In this document: one piece after another, positions 1 through 12,263 of the stretch | Numbering within the stretch: the stretch's first letter is position 1 | Layout of the letters: the number at the start of each line of letters is the position of its first letter | Assembly: GCA_963848135.1 (NCBI GenBank) | Contig: CAWKCK010000002.1 | Coordinates: 1 to 64,000, forward strand | Direction: 5' to 3' | Source of the DNA: an uncultured delta proteobacterium | Lineage (GTDB): Bacteria > Desulfobacterota > Desulfobacteria > Desulfobacterales > SG8-13 | Length of the DNA: 64,000 nucleotides | The notes under the pieces: model-generated | Told to the model about the DNA's origin: nothing | Databases searched by the model: none | Seen by the model: the letters and a program-made list of their open reading frames with translations, nothing else | Program-made: the position numbers and the translations under genes

Positions 1-1123
1 ACCATAATCCGACTGAGACCGCCTTCTTGCCATGTTCGAGGTGATGCTACTTGGATATTATGCCTTCCTTGTGTTGCGGTTCCCAATCCTTCACCAAAGA
101 AGCCAGACTGTTTGTATGTAGTGATGACCAGCATCAAATCCATGTTGTCCAATCCTACCGAAAACCACGTCTGGATTGTTGGAAGAAGTATCTTCTCAAT
201 AGCAGTGTTGCTACCAATCTTGTTATATAGGTAGACTTTCCGCTTAATGAGGAAATCTATAACAACCATTGCCAATACTTGTTGCCCTGGTACGTATAGA
301 AATACTATAATAATATAAGAGATAAATACTGTTGATAAAGACCGGTAGCATAAAAAACATTTTACGGCGTCCGCATAAAATGGAGCCTATACTTGATTCC
401 ACATGCGGCTAAGGCAATCCATAAATATTTTTCGGGTGACCGGTTGTATTTATAGCTAATATTATTGAAAGAATGCTGAGGGAGGTTGAGTGCCAACCCA
501 TCACATCCGGACTGCGGTAGAATCCGGAAATCATATCTTATCCGAATAACACCCGGGGAACTGCGATAATTGTTGCCATCTCTGTTCCCCATATGGCTGT
601 TGATTCCAAGGCGCAAGACCAACCTTTGGCAAACCCTAAGATATTCCGCTGGGTGTACCAAGAAAACATTATCGCTGTAACACCACAGTAGAATTTTAAT
701 AATTTCAATAAATCTTTTGGTTTAGGAATGTAAATAATATCCGAAAAATAGGTCAAGTAATACAGAAATATATGAAAAAAAACCTAAGACTGTAATTTGC
801 CATGAACCACTACTATAAGTCGCTGACTTTACAGCTGCAGGCAAAATGGAAAGAAAAAATATAAATATAGCAACCGCTAAACTTTTATACTGTTTAATAA
901 AATTTTTTATCAATTTAGGATCTTCGATGATAGCACCAACACAAATTGCCCCCCAGATTGGAACTGTAGCAAGGGCAAGGTAGGCTGGAGCTCCGGGTAT
1001 CATTTTTCTAATCGGGTCTTTAAATATCCCAACCAAGATCATTAGATAGATACCGAAACGCCAGTCTTTGATAGCATACAGACTGGAAATTACAGTAAAA
1101 AGTAAAAAAAGTTTAAGTAACAT
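1..1123 (-). pseudogene. Wzy/O-antigen polymerase- or ligase-like polytopic membrane protein; frameshifted, runs off the left edge
   Basis: Hydrophobic ORF pieces 722..1123, 538..756 and further frames join into one membrane protein with GFYRSPDVMGWH and GRRK segments; lies downstream of the glycosyltransferase genes. Frameshifts may be sequencing errors. Confidence 0.6.
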
Positions 1124-1203
1124 AAAATTTAATTGATTTTAGGCGATAGATTATGAAAGAAAAAGATTTAAGCGTCTATTGGTTTGTTTGGATACATTAT
1201 ACT

Positions 1204-2884
1204 TAGTGTCCGTCCATAAATCGTCGGTTTTCAGATTTTCAGCGCGACAAAGAAGCTATTTTTCTGGCCGAGAGTATTCAGAACTTTTCCGGCTGGGATA
1301 AAAGTATATCAATTTTTGTATTATTGCTTACGGCAAGACGTGGTTATCCTCTGATCTGCTAATTTTCTTTATGCTCTTTGACTTTACTACGCTGGAGTCG
1401 ACCGACGACTCAGAGTCAACAAGTTGGCCGCGACAATCGATGACCAGACGTAGCTTTTAAAGGAAGCAAATCCTTTCCAGGTACATCGCCACATCCCGAA
1501 GCTACGTTTAAGCCAGGATATACCGGATTCGATACCGGCACGGAACCGCCGCAGGCGATTGTACACATAGTCACTGCGGCACATATCGGTGACTTTCAGG
1601 CCGCGTTTTTTAGCAAAACACACGTCCTTGACGCCGCTGGTTTTGGCATTCTGAAGGTTGTCTTTGGATGCAAAACCACCGTCCAGAGCGGCCTTGAGCG
1701 GATAACGTCCATAAATTTGCCGCTGACGATCGAGCATCGTCTGGGGCAGCGTACTGTCGGCGGGATTGCCTTCGACAATTAGACAATCAAGGATCAGGTT
1801 CGTGCCGCCACCAGTCAGGCAGATTTTATGCCCGAAGAACGTGTCGCGGTTGTCTTTGACAATGATGTCGGTATGTGGCTCGAAGATCGAGACAATTTTC
1901 TCAGCCGGCGGCAACTTCTCGCCGGCGATCACCCGGCGCTCGGTCTGACGGATCACCTGTTCGGCCAGATCGCCATAATGGCGCAACTCTGCGGCGATTG
2001 CGAGAACGCTGACATCGATGCTCTGCTGCTCGATACACTCGATGGCTCGGCGGCTGTAGCCGAGGGTGTTTCGGGTAACCTTGAGCAGGTCCAGATACTT
2101 GTTTTTTCGGACTTGGGCCCTGCGAGCATACTGAATGGCCAGCATCCGGCGTTTGGCCCGTCGACCGTGATCTTGAAAACAGATACCCTTGAGCCCGGAG
2201 GCCTTTTTGGCAACGGCAAGCAGCCGGGTGAGCACCCGTACTATATCAAAGAGCAGGCTCGAATCACTGGGCGCATGAATGTTTGTTTCCACCACCGTGC
2301 AGTCGATGCGAACCTCTCGGGCTTTCTCGATTTTATCAGCAGCGGCCTGAGCCAGAAGCTTGCGGTTGATCTGCTCCCAGGTGGCTGCTGACAGTGCCTT
2401 TATGGTCTTGTTTAGAACCGACTTTTTGAAGCCTTTGTCGGCAAAGCCGATCAGGCAGAACCGGCGCAAGGCGCGTGAATCGACCATGTGGAAAGCCAGT
2501 TGCTGATAAGTAAAACCAAACAGTGCCTTTACCAGCGCAGCGCGCAACACTTGCTCGGCACTCATGCCCCGGGCCCCGCTACGAGCTGCTGTAATTTTGC
2601 CATTGGAAAGATCTTGATGTACAAGCTGACAAATAGTAGGATGCTTTTTCAAAATCACGCTGATGGCTTCCAGTTCTCTGACCTGGGAATGATCGGTTGC
2701 GGGGTTGATCAGCGGCATTTGTTTTTGCATCTTTTCGCGCATTTTGTGTCAGGCCTCCTCTCTGCTTTTGTAGTAATATTAATTGTTTGGCGACTTTTTA
2801 TATACTACATTAAGCAAATTGATGCCAGCACAAAATGCGCTTTTTTTATGTATTCCAACTAGTTATTACCGTGGATGGACACTA
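1204..2884 (-). mobile_element. Insertion sequence, ISNCY (ISDol1-like)/IS5-related
   Basis: Terminal inverted repeats TAGTGTCCGTCCA (1204..1216) and TGGATGGACACTA (2872..2884), one mismatch; ACT on both flanks is a possible 3-bp TSD; encloses one transposase; GC-richer than the flanks. Confidence 0.88.
1387..2742 (-). CDS. DDE transposase (ISNCY/IS5-like), apparently intact
   Basis: 451 aa; RIDCTVVETNIHAPSDS, ALDGGF and RFRAGIESGISWLKR motifs. Confidence 0.92.
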   Translation of the reverse strand: MREKMQKQMPLINPATDHSQVRELEAISVILKKHPTICQLVHQDLSNGKITAARSGARGMSAEQVLRAALVKALFGFTYQQLAFHMVDSRALRRFCLIGFADKGFKKSVLNKTIKALSAATWEQINRKLLAQAAADKIEKAREVRIDCTVVETNIHAPSDSSLLFDIVRVLTRLLAVAKKASGLKGICFQDHGRRAKRRMLAIQYARRAQVRKNKYLDLLKVTRNTLGYSRRAIECIEQQSIDVSVLAIAAELRHYGDLAEQVIRQTERRVIAGEKLPPAEKIVSIFEPHTDIIVKDNRDTFFGHKICLTGGGTNLILDCLIVEGNPADSTLPQTMLDRQRQIYGRYPLKAALDGGFASKDNLQNAKTSGVKDVCFAKKRGLKVTDMCRSDYVYNRLRRFRAGIESGISWLKRSFGMWRCTWKGFASFKSYVWSSIVAANLLTLSRRSTPA

Positions 2885-2891
2885 ACTTAAC

Positions 2892-3849
2892 TTAATCGAT
2901 TTTCGTTTGTTTATTGTAATCACCGATCTGTATTAGTTTAGGAGATAATCGGTAAAATACCACTGCCTGGACTATTGCCATGATTTCCCCAATGAGTTTT
3001 ACCGGTATCCACCAGGGGTGTTTGAGATGATACTTAGTTCTTACCTCTCGAAAAGGCCGTTTAAAGATATACCATAGAACGGTCCCAACCATTTCCTCTG
3101 AGTAACGCATAATAATAATCCCCAACACCATAACGTGGAGAAATACTATTTAAATGTCCTCCTTTTGAACGGGTACCTCCACTTTTCGCTTGCAAGTGGT
3201 GGATGCTTGCTTTTGGCTCAAACCAGACTTTACCCCCACTTGCAACCAATCTTTTGGCAAATTCAGTCTCAAACCGCGAAGCGACTGGTGGCTTAAAGTT
3301 TTCATCAAATCCACCTATGGCCAGAGCTTGATTACGCTTAACGGATAAATTTCCCGCCATAGCATTTTCGACATAGACACCTTCTGTGCTTCGGAATGGA
3401 AAATTAAGATAACGTTTGAGTTGGCCACCTTTCGGGATATAGGGAATCGGTTCTGGCGACTGCCCTGGTTGCAACACTTGTCCTGCTACCGCCCATACAT
3501 GGGGTTTAGTCCTGTGCGCGGAAAGATGTTTTTCAATCAAGTTTTCGTTGGGGATGATGTCATCGTCAGTGAATAGAACAATATCCCCACGGGCTTTAAG
3601 TAATCCCAGGTTCATTGAGCGTGTAAGATGTGGCTGATCGAGGCGTAGCCATTTAATGGTGTCTGTATCTTTCCATTCCAATAAGCGATGTTCTGTTTCA
3701 AGTTCATGTTGCGAGGTTTGATCAACAAGAATTAGCTCAAGAAAACCTTTAGTTGTAAGTGCATGAGAAAGTAGGAATTCGAGTGTATTAATCAGTACTT
3801 TTTCGCGCTTATACGTTGGAATGACTATACTGAGCGTCAGCTTGGGCAT
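2892..3849 (-). CDS. Glycosyltransferase family 2; C-terminus continues in another frame (frameshift near 3080)
   Basis: SIVIPTYKR and LFTDDD motifs in 3061..3849; ORF 2892..3131 supplies a plausible C-terminal continuation. Confidence 0.85.
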
Positions 3850-3855
3850 TTGACA

Positions 3856-5004
3856 CTATTTTTCAATTGCCATTAATAATTCTTGGTAGGTTTGCTCGTA
3901 AGTCCATTGCGAAATTTTTTGTTTAGCCGATTTGCCCATATTAAATAAAAGTTCCTGATTGGTAACTATTTGTGAAAGTTTTTCAGTTAGCGAATTGCTA
4001 TCTCGATTAGAAAAGATAGCTCCAGTTTTCCACTCGGTAATCAAATCTGTGCCGGCACCGACTCCCTCAGAGGCAATTACCGGGATTCCACAGGCCATCG
4101 CTTCGTTAACAGAGACCCCCCAAGGCTCATTAATTGCAGGGTGAACAAAAACATTACTGATTGCATAATATTTGGGAAGATCGGAATAGGGGGCATAACC
4201 GGGCAAAAAGACACTATTCCCGATGAAATTTGCTTTCCTATAAACTGCTTCGTATAGGGGACCATCTCCAACTAGAATCAAACCTGAATTAGGATATTGA
4301 TTATTAAGCTTAGCAAAGGCATCGATTAATGTTATTGGATCTTCGCGGTCATTCCACTTCAATATACCCAACACAATAAAGTCTCTGGATGAAAAACCCA
4401 TTTCTGATCGAATGACATCACGATTAAGTCGATGCTTGGTTGATTCCACTTCAAACCAATCGTTATCAACGTTATAGGGAAAAAGAAATGTAGGCTTTTT
4501 CTTTTTTGCTATTTTCTCAAAATATTGTCGCGCGAGTGTACCAACCGGATGCCATGTGTCGTATTGTTTTAGCCAAAATGGCAGAGTCAATCGTTTGACA
4601 ACGCCTTTCAAACCCTTGAGGTTAGAATGATCGAGCGTATTATCAGATCTTAATCCAATACGGATTTTTTTTTTTTAAGCAGCCATGCTAGTTTAGCGTG
4701 TAGCGACGGGAAATATCCACAGAGAATGACAAGACTGGGTTTGAGTGATGCGATTTCATTTGATAATGCTATTACCTTAGTGGCGGCATCTGAGGTAAAA
4801 TACTTTTTTACATAATTACAAGTGGTTAAGTGATCCCACAGAGGAGCATGGCCGATTTCAGGATCGAATGAGGCGTCAGTTTCGTGCGCTACTGCTGTGT
4901 AATAGATTATTAAGTCGAATAGAGTATTGCGGTGCAAAAAGGCGTATAAGGGTACATCAAACTGCGTCGGCCTAGTTTGAACGATGATCGAATTTTGGTT
5001 TCAC
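3856..5004 (-). pseudogene. Glycosyltransferase family 4 (GT-B), split by frameshifts
   Basis: EPWGVSVNEAMACGIPVI motif in 3856..4611; N-terminal piece 4650..4937; one break at an A12 run (4665..4676), another near the GTG start at 5004. Confidence 0.82.
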
Positions 5005-5006
5005 GG

Positions 5007-5993
5007 TTATATTTCTGAGGCTTCACTATATGTTTGGTTTGATTGAATCATCGACTGAAGCCATCTTATATAGGCCCTGGCACGTAGTGGGGACTGCCGA
5101 ATGGCATTGCGAAAATAGGGTCGACATCTGTGATCACCGTTCCGACGAAGTGCTTCGCCTATGAAATAAAGGCCTGGCTCTTTATTAAAATTATGATCAT
5201 TTTTGGTTTTTAGTACCATATTTTCAGGACAAATAGACGTTGCCATTTCAATCCAAGGCTGTTCGTCTTCGTTGCAACGTCTAGCCATAAAAGCGCCCAA
5301 TGAGCATTGAGCGGCGGTATCCTGGTAATGCTTACTTGTCATACTGATGCATTCGGGGAATATACGTACTTTGTACAGTACCTCTGGTACGATAAAATAA
5401 TTGCCTATTTCTGCAAGGCGGTACCATAAGTCCCAATCCTGCCCATAATAGAATTGTTTGCGGTAACCCCCCACTGACTCATAGGAGGATTTACGAAACA
5501 TAACTGAACCATGGTGAGGAATATCACCGGTGAGGCCGTTTGAGGTGTTTTCTGGAATTACTGATACAGGGACATCACTTGGTGGTCTACCACTATTGAT
5601 CCACAGAAGTTCCCACTTTGGGCCGAAAAACTCCGTATGACACGAAACAAATGCGCAATCAGGATATTCATCCAGTATTTTTTTCTGTTTGCCAATCCTA
5701 TCAGCCGTAAATACGTCGCCGACATCTATACGAGCAATGTAGGTTCCATTAGAAGTTGAACAGCCATCAATGAGAGCCTTTGTCAACCCCTCATTGTTTT
5801 TGTGTATAACTTGGATTCGAGCATCTTGTTTTTGGAAATAAGAAAGAGTCTCTCTTGTTTGAGGATCAGGTGACCCATCGTTTACAATCACCAACTCAAA
5901 ATCTCCGAATTCTTGGTCAAGCACGCTCTCAATTGTTTCGCTGAGATATTTCTCATCATCGTATGTGCTCATAACAACGGTAACGGAATGCAT
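5007..5993 (-). CDS. Glycosyltransferase family 2
   Basis: VTVVMSTY, IVNDGS, ARIDVGD and QDWDLWYR motifs. Confidence 0.92.
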   Translation of the reverse strand: MHSVTVVMSTYDDEKYLSETIESVLDQEFGDFELVIVNDGSPDPQTRETLSYFQKQDARIQVIHKNNEGLTKALIDGCSTSNGTYIARIDVGDVFTADRIGKQKKILDEYPDCAFVSCHTEFFGPKWELLWINSGRPPSDVPVSVIPENTSNGLTGDIPHHGSVMFRKSSYESVGGYRKQFYYGQDWDLWYRLAEIGNYFIVPEVLYKVRIFPECISMTSKHYQDTAAQCSLGAFMARRCNEDEQPWIEMATSICPENMVLKTKNDHNFNKEPGLYFIGEALRRNGDHRCRPYFRNAIRQSPLRARAYIRWLQSMIQSNQTYSEASEI

Positions 5994-5997
5994 AATG

Positions 5998-7053
5998 TTA
6001 AAGTTGGGGAAAATGTTCCTTTAAGTTTCTATATCGTTTGTACAAAAAAGGAGAATAGATTCGCAGCATAACAATAATAACAGCGGTAAAGCGAGAGCTC
6101 TGAATATTTGGAAACTGATGACGCATCGACATCCAAAAGAGCGTTTTAGCGGCAGTGCGATTTCCATCAACAAGTGCTTCAGACATATATGACCAAAGAA
6201 TATTGCTGAGTGTTCTTCGAATGAGTTTTTCATATCGATAGTCGAAATATTTGTTTATTTTATCGAATAGTATGATCCCTTTGCATGCCTTGTACAGTGG
6301 ATCTGTTGGCATCCATATACCACCATCGTGCATTCGATAGACGGATGTGACTTCAGGAATGAAACCTACCGGCCCTTTTTCGGCGCAGAGTAGATAAAGG
6401 GGTCTGTCAGCGCAATAAACGTCCCAGAACCAGCGTGGAAAACGGACAGGCTTTTTTCTAACCATGACGCTGGAGAAATGGAAGGTATAATTCGGAATTA
6501 GGTCTTCCAATAAATACCTTTTCTTGATTTCAGACGGGCCTATGGTACCTGATTCAGTCCATGTACCGGATTGGTCTCTCGCAATTTTTAGCGTGTAAGC
6601 CCCACATAGAGTATACTCTGGTCGGTCTTCCATCCATTTTGCCTGTTTGGCAAGTTTTTTCGTATCTGTCCAATAGTCGTCTCCCTCACAAAATGTAATA
6701 TATTTTCCACGTGCTCGGCACCAGATTCGAGCAAGATTACGGTGAATTCCCAAATTATTATCTGAAACAATAAGGCGAATTATATCAGGAAACCGTTTTT
6801 GATAATCTAAGCACATGAAACGAGTTCGATCCTGTGAACAGTCTTCACCAATGATCAACTCAAAGTTGAAATTACAGTGTTGATTAAGAATGCTATCAAT
6901 GGCCTGAGCGATGTGAGACTCGTGATTCCATGTAATCATCAAAACGCTCACTAATGGACGGCTCTCGACGTTAATACCGCTGATTTCTGTAGCCGGGATA
7001 CATAAAAAATCATGAGTGGTAAAAAAGTGGTCTTTTTGTTTTATATGTCCCAT
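5998..7053 (-). CDS. Glycosyltransferase family 2
   Basis: PLVSVLMITWNH, IGEDCSQD and FCEGDDYW motifs. Confidence 0.92.
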   Translation of the reverse strand: MGHIKQKDHFFTTHDFLCIPATEISGINVESRPLVSVLMITWNHESHIAQAIDSILNQHCNFNFELIIGEDCSQDRTRFMCLDYQKRFPDIIRLIVSDNNLGIHRNLARIWCRARGKYITFCEGDDYWTDTKKLAKQAKWMEDRPEYTLCGAYTLKIARDQSGTWTESGTIGPSEIKKRYLLEDLIPNYTFHFSSVMVRKKPVRFPRWFWDVYCADRPLYLLCAEKGPVGFIPEVTSVYRMHDGGIWMPTDPLYKACKGIILFDKINKYFDYRYEKLIRRTLSNILWSYMSEALVDGNRTAAKTLFWMSMRHQFPNIQSSRFTAVIIVMLRIYSPFLYKRYRNLKEHFPQL

Positions 7054-7125
7054 GTGATTTTCAACATATTGATAATATGACCACTTATATGTGGTACTAT
7101 TACAATAGAGCCTTGTAATTTTGTA

Positions 7126-8089
7126 TTAAGATATTAATTGATCACGTATTTGGCATAACTTTCCCGTCAATTTCCATCCGATTCCTTTTGCCGCTAAGCC
7201 TATGGCTGTCATGGATATATCTCTATTAAAAGAGCTTATTTCAGCAAGTTTTAACAATTTCCAGGCAGTATTTGCTTCTCCCATTGCTCCTAATTCTCTG
7301 GCACGCATGAATGCCCACCTTGAAAAATGCTGCATTTCTGAAGTATTGCGCTTGACTCCTGCTTTCAATGCGCAATCGTATAGCCTAGGAAGAAACCACG
7401 CCTCATCTCGAAGATAGGTTTTCAAATTACCTTTAGAAACTCGATGCTCACTTGGGTGGTCGCGATGACAGGATACAGTACTCTCGCAATAAACCAGTTT
7501 GGTTTTCAAAGCGCCCATTCTTGCTTCTATATCCCAATCCTCTGGACGTTGTCTGGGCCAGGATCCTGCTGCATCGGAAATTCTTCGTCGATAAAGGGGA
7601 GTATGCGTATGCCACCAACGATCAACAAGGAGAGCTGGAAAAAGGTATTCCATTTTGTGCCCAGTCCATTTGCTCGGTTCCTTAAGAATGTTCCCTTTAT
7701 CATCGACAAGGCGAGTAATGCCATAAGCGATATCGCTTTCCGGGTTGTTTCGAAGAGCCTTTACTTGCAAATTAAACTTATTTGGCAATAACCAGTCGTC
7801 GCTGTCGAGATATTGGATGAATTCACCTTTAGCCAAAATACGGCCAGCCTCGCGAGCAAGCCCCGGACCTTCGTTTATTTTATGGACAATCCTGATGATA
7901 TCCTGATGTTCTGATGCGATCTGATCGAGTATATTCGGTGTGTCATCGGTTGATCCATCGTTAACAATTATGATTTCAATAGGTCTGTAAGTTTGCTTCA
8001 AGAACGCTTTTAATCGCTTTTTGGATCATATCCGGACGGTTATAGACTGGAATAATCGTTGAGACGAGGTTAGGAATTGTTTCGTTCAT
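7126..8089 (-). pseudogene. Glycosyltransferase family 2, frameshifted near 8000
   Basis: N-terminus MNETIPNLVSTIIPVYNR is in the frame of 7976..8161; the remainder (VNDGSTD, YLDSDD) is in 7126..8001. Confidence 0.85.
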
Positions 8090-8093
8090 TGTA

Positions 8094-8752
8094 TTAAAGA
8101 TATTTTTCATTAGGTGCTCTTGACCTAATAATTCTACATGGAGCACCATAGGCAAGAACATGATCAGGGATGTTCTTAGTCACTACTGAACCTGCACCAA
8201 TTACAGTATCGTTGCCAATGCTAATATCATTGACGACTTTCGCACCAAGATTGATAGAGGAACGTTCACCAAGGTGAAGACGGCCGCCGACAATTGTTCC
8301 CGGTCCAAGGCTGGACCACGGCATCATGATACCATCGTGATCAATAGAAGACGCTGTATTCAAGAGACAGCCTTCAGCGATTGAAGATCCACTGACAATG
8401 ATGGTTCCAGGCATGACGACTGTTCCTGCTCCAATTTTAACATCAGACCCAATGATGGCTGAAGGGTGGATGCAGGAAATAAATTCAATATTAGTGATCT
8501 TTTTTTTACGCGTTCAGACATCGCCTGACGCTGGTAGTTATCACCAATGGCGATGATAATTTTGTGTATATTTAGATCATTACATATTTGAGGAAGGTTT
8601 TTCTCGCCACCAAATATTTTGTATCCAAAACAATATGTACCTGGTTTTTGAAAAGAATCTAATAATCCTTCAATCTCATAGCGACCTTCAGCTTTAATGA
8701 CATCTGCGACAGCCCGTGCATGCCCTCTTGCACCGATGAGAATAATTTTCAT
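8094..8752 (-). pseudogene. NeuD/PglD-family sugar acetyltransferase (left-handed beta-helix), frameshifted
   Basis: IGARGHA N-terminal motif, hexapeptide repeats, IGAGSVVTKNIP; break at an A8 run (8500..8507) that A9 would repair. Confidence 0.85.
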
Positions 8753-9927
8753 CTTTTAATATCAGCGAAAATCCCTGAGGATATTTTTTCTTGCTGAAAC
8801 GAAGAAACAATCCTACATATTGATTCTATCTCATTATGTGCAATCTGAGTTCCGGTGGGAAATACTATTACACGTTCACAAAAACTTTCTGTTTCAGGTA
8901 AGTTGTAGTAGGCATCTGGGTACAATGTACTGAAGGGTTCCATACGGTGGCAACCTGGATAAAAGTATCTTCTGGCCAGTACATTGTGATTATGAAGCTC
9001 ATATAGCAACTCATTGCGTGTTTTACCGAAAGCTTCGGAAAAAATTTCTGCAACAACATAATGATAGTTGTTATGTTCTGATTCATTGTATGGAAGTAGT
9101 TTTATGCCAGGAATAGGTTCTAAGCCTTTATTATAAGCATTCCAATTACAACGGTTGGTCGAAATAAAATTCTCTAAGTCTTCCAGGTTGGTCAGCCCCA
9201 TTGCTGCACACGCTTCATTCATCTTTCCATTCGTTCCGATGTATATAACCCTATCCATACCGGCAAAACCGAAATTTTTCATCAGCCTAATTTTTTCTGC
9301 CAACTCATCATCATTAGTCGTAATTGCACCGCCTTCAAGTGAATTCAAAACTTTGGTTGCATGAAAACTGAACACTTCACAATCCCCAAAACAACCGATT
9401 AAATTGCTTTGTATGAACATCCAAAAGCATGGGCAGCATCAAATATTAGTTTTAACTTATAATTTATCCGCTATTGATTGCAAAGAATCAATATCACAAG
9501 TCCTTCCATACAAATGAACTCCGATAATGCCGGTTGTTCTTTGAGTGATATGTTTTTCAATTTTATTAGGATCTATGCAACAAGTTAATGGATCGATATC
9601 ACAAAAGACCGGAGTAATTTTCTGCCATTGTAACGCATGTGCAGTTGCAATAAACGTAAGTGAGGGGATAATCACTTCACCTGTCAAGCCAGCTGCTCGA
9701 ATGGCTAATTCAAGGGCAACTGTACCATTGCATGTGGCAATACAATGCTTGACACCTAAAAATACGGCAATACGTTGTTCGAATTCCTGGACCATCGGGC
9801 CGTGATTAGTCAACCAGTTATTGTCCAGCATCAGGTTAAGACGTTCAAAGAAACGATCACGATTACCAACGTTTGGCCTGCCTACATGCAGTATATGTGG
9901 GAATAATGGATGTTGACTGTTTTTCAT
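8749..9927 (-). pseudogene. DegT/DnrJ/EryC1/StrS aminotransferase, VioA-like, frameshifted around 9420-9460
   Basis: HVGRPN, CNGTVAL, SFHATK (PLP lysine), NGKMNE and RRYFYP across ORFs 9457..10020 and 8749..9420. Confidence 0.87.
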
Positions 9928-9986
9928 GGAGTAAATATGGAAACAATTGTGAAGGAATTCGTTATTTTGAACTACTTGTTTGGGAA

Positions 9987-10800
9987 TTAATACATTTTTT
10001 GACGACTCTTGCAATACCAAACAGATCTGTACTGCCTAATATTGAAACCGTTTTGTTTTAGGATTCGGGAAACCAATGCCTCAATATGAGGGCCATGAAG
10101 TTCCATTATTATAAGATCAACGAAAATAATCCAACTTTCTGGATTTGATAGAAAAATAAATTCTTCACCGCCCTCAATATCCATTTTTAAAATATCCAAA
10201 CATGAGATAGAAAACTTTTCTAAAATTGTAGGTATGCTTATAGCCTCAACCTCAGAGCCAATGTTTTGAATGGATGCACCTGTAGAATGTCCGCCAAAAG
10301 ACACGCGTTGATCGTTTGCAGATAGTGCCTTATTAAGTAAGATTGCACGTTCTTCATATGGCTTTAGATTTCGGACTGCAATTTCCCAGCTCGGGGGGTT
10401 AGGCTCAAGTGCGATGACTCTCAATTTCCGGAACCGCGAAAGAAAATATGCTGTGGTATCGCCAATGTATGCACCTGCATCTATCATCCACCTTGGTTCA
10501 TAGGTAGGACGGAAGTTGCCGTACTCCTCTCGGACAACATTATTTACGATTGTTCTCGCATCATCCGTCTTTGGCCGCACCAGGATTGAGTACCGAAGAT
10601 TGCGAAGGTTAATAGGAACTAGACAGTCGGACGATGGATTGACTGAGTTAAGTTGTTTGAGTTTAATCCAAGTTCGAAAACCATCTTTAAAAGTAATTGA
10701 GATGAAATCAATAAGGGTGGCACCGACTTTGAATGGTACTAGAATTATAACCTAAAAACCGGCGAAGCCAACGACGAAGGTTTTCAGTTAAAACACTCAT
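9987..10800 (-). CDS. FkbM-family SAM-dependent methyltransferase; N-terminus probably frameshifted
   Basis: IDAGAYIG, ALEPNP and LKMDIEGGE motifs in 9987..10580; likely true ATG at 10800. Confidence 0.82.
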
Positions 10801-10971
10801 TCTGAATTTATTTAAGTGTTTCCTATTCAAAAATATTATAATCTTGAAGGTAAGATAAAAGGTTCAGATTTCTGTTAACTGAATATTTGCCATCATTTTG
10901 AGGCAAAGTAGTATTACTATAGTATATTATTTGGAAGAAAATTAATCTTTGACATTTAATGTCTATTAAAT

Positions 10972-12263
10972 TTACCTAGCAAATCTTACTCCCTTTGAAA
11001 GCGCATTTGTAAAATTCAAAATGCCTGTTTGATCTTTCTTGCAATTTTTATCCCATACTTCTGCAATTCTCAATTGGACAAGATTTTCCCCATAAAACCA
11101 AAAGGATCTTTTTTTGCGATCTCCTCCCACACCAATGATATATTCACCAGGGCGGAGAATATATTGGGGAATTGTTACTTTTGATTCAAAAACTCCTTTT
11201 GGGAGAGGATCATAATCCTCCGTATCACTGATTGTTGCAACTCGCATCCCATTAGTGCTGATCGTTATTAATATCTTAATATCTTGAATATAGTGTTTAC
11301 ACTGACCACAAATCGTAATTTCTATATCTTCTGATGGTATTACTTGGACGAAACTCGCTTGAGAATTTCCGTTTATTATAATATCAGTTACTTGAATATT
11401 GTTTGCTAAGTCACCTACGAATTTCCAATCCTTCGGGTGGATAGAAGTATTAAAATAGTCTAATATTACCTGTCTTGATTTACCGATTTCTTTAATTCTG
11501 CCTCTCTCAATCAAGATGGAACTTTCACATAAACTATCGATCATTCCCATATTATGACTTACGAACAACACTGTTCTACCTTGTTCGGAAACATCTTTCA
11601 TTTTACCGAGACATTTTTTTTGGAAATCAACATCACCTACTGCTAAAACTTCATCTATCATTAGAATTTCAGGTTCTAAATGGGCGGCAACAGCAAAAGC
11701 AAGGCGAACATACATACCTGATGAATAACGTTTTACTGGAGTATCAATAAACTTCTCAACTTCAGCAAATTCAACAATATCATCAAATTTACGTCTGATT
11801 TCAGTCTTTGTCATACCAAGAATAGCGCCATTGAGATAAATATTTTCCCTGCCGGTTAGTTCTGCGTGGAAGCCAGTACCGACCTCAAGAAGAGAACCAA
11901 CCCTGCCGTGTAAGTGAACTATACCTTCAGTTGGTTTGGTTATACGTGAAAGAATTTTAAGCAGGGTGGATTTACCAGCGCCATTGCGTCCGATAATTCC
12001 TATAATTTCACCGCGTTTGACTTCGAAGGAAACGTTCTGAGTGCCCAAATGGCTGCGTCGGAAGGCGATGGCGTAGGGCATGGCGTTTGGCGCATTGGAT
12101 TTTGAAACAAATGCTTGGAGTAATGCGCTTGGCGCTTTGCGTTATACGCCATGCGATTAAAAGCTTGAGATAACTTTTCCCGAAAAGAGCCTGTTTGTTT
12201 ATGGAGCTCTCCAAGTCGGTAGCGTTTGGAGAGGTTTTCCACTTTTATTACGGTGTCACTCAT
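10972..12263 (-). CDS. wzt: Polysaccharide ABC transporter ATP-binding protein with C-terminal Wzt_C domain; frameshift near 12035
   Basis: N-terminus MSDTVIKVENLSKRY...WALR in 12000..12263; GRNGAGKST, YSSGM and IDEVLAVGD in 10972..12081; one extra A restores WALRNVSF. Confidence 0.9.
12067..12158. repeat. Inverted pair of 7-bp-period arrays inside the wzt coding sequence
   Basis: TAGGGCA-TGGCGTT-TGGCGCA (12074..12094) versus TGCGCTT-GGCGCTT-TGCGTTA-TACGCCA (12124..12151). Confidence 0.7.
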
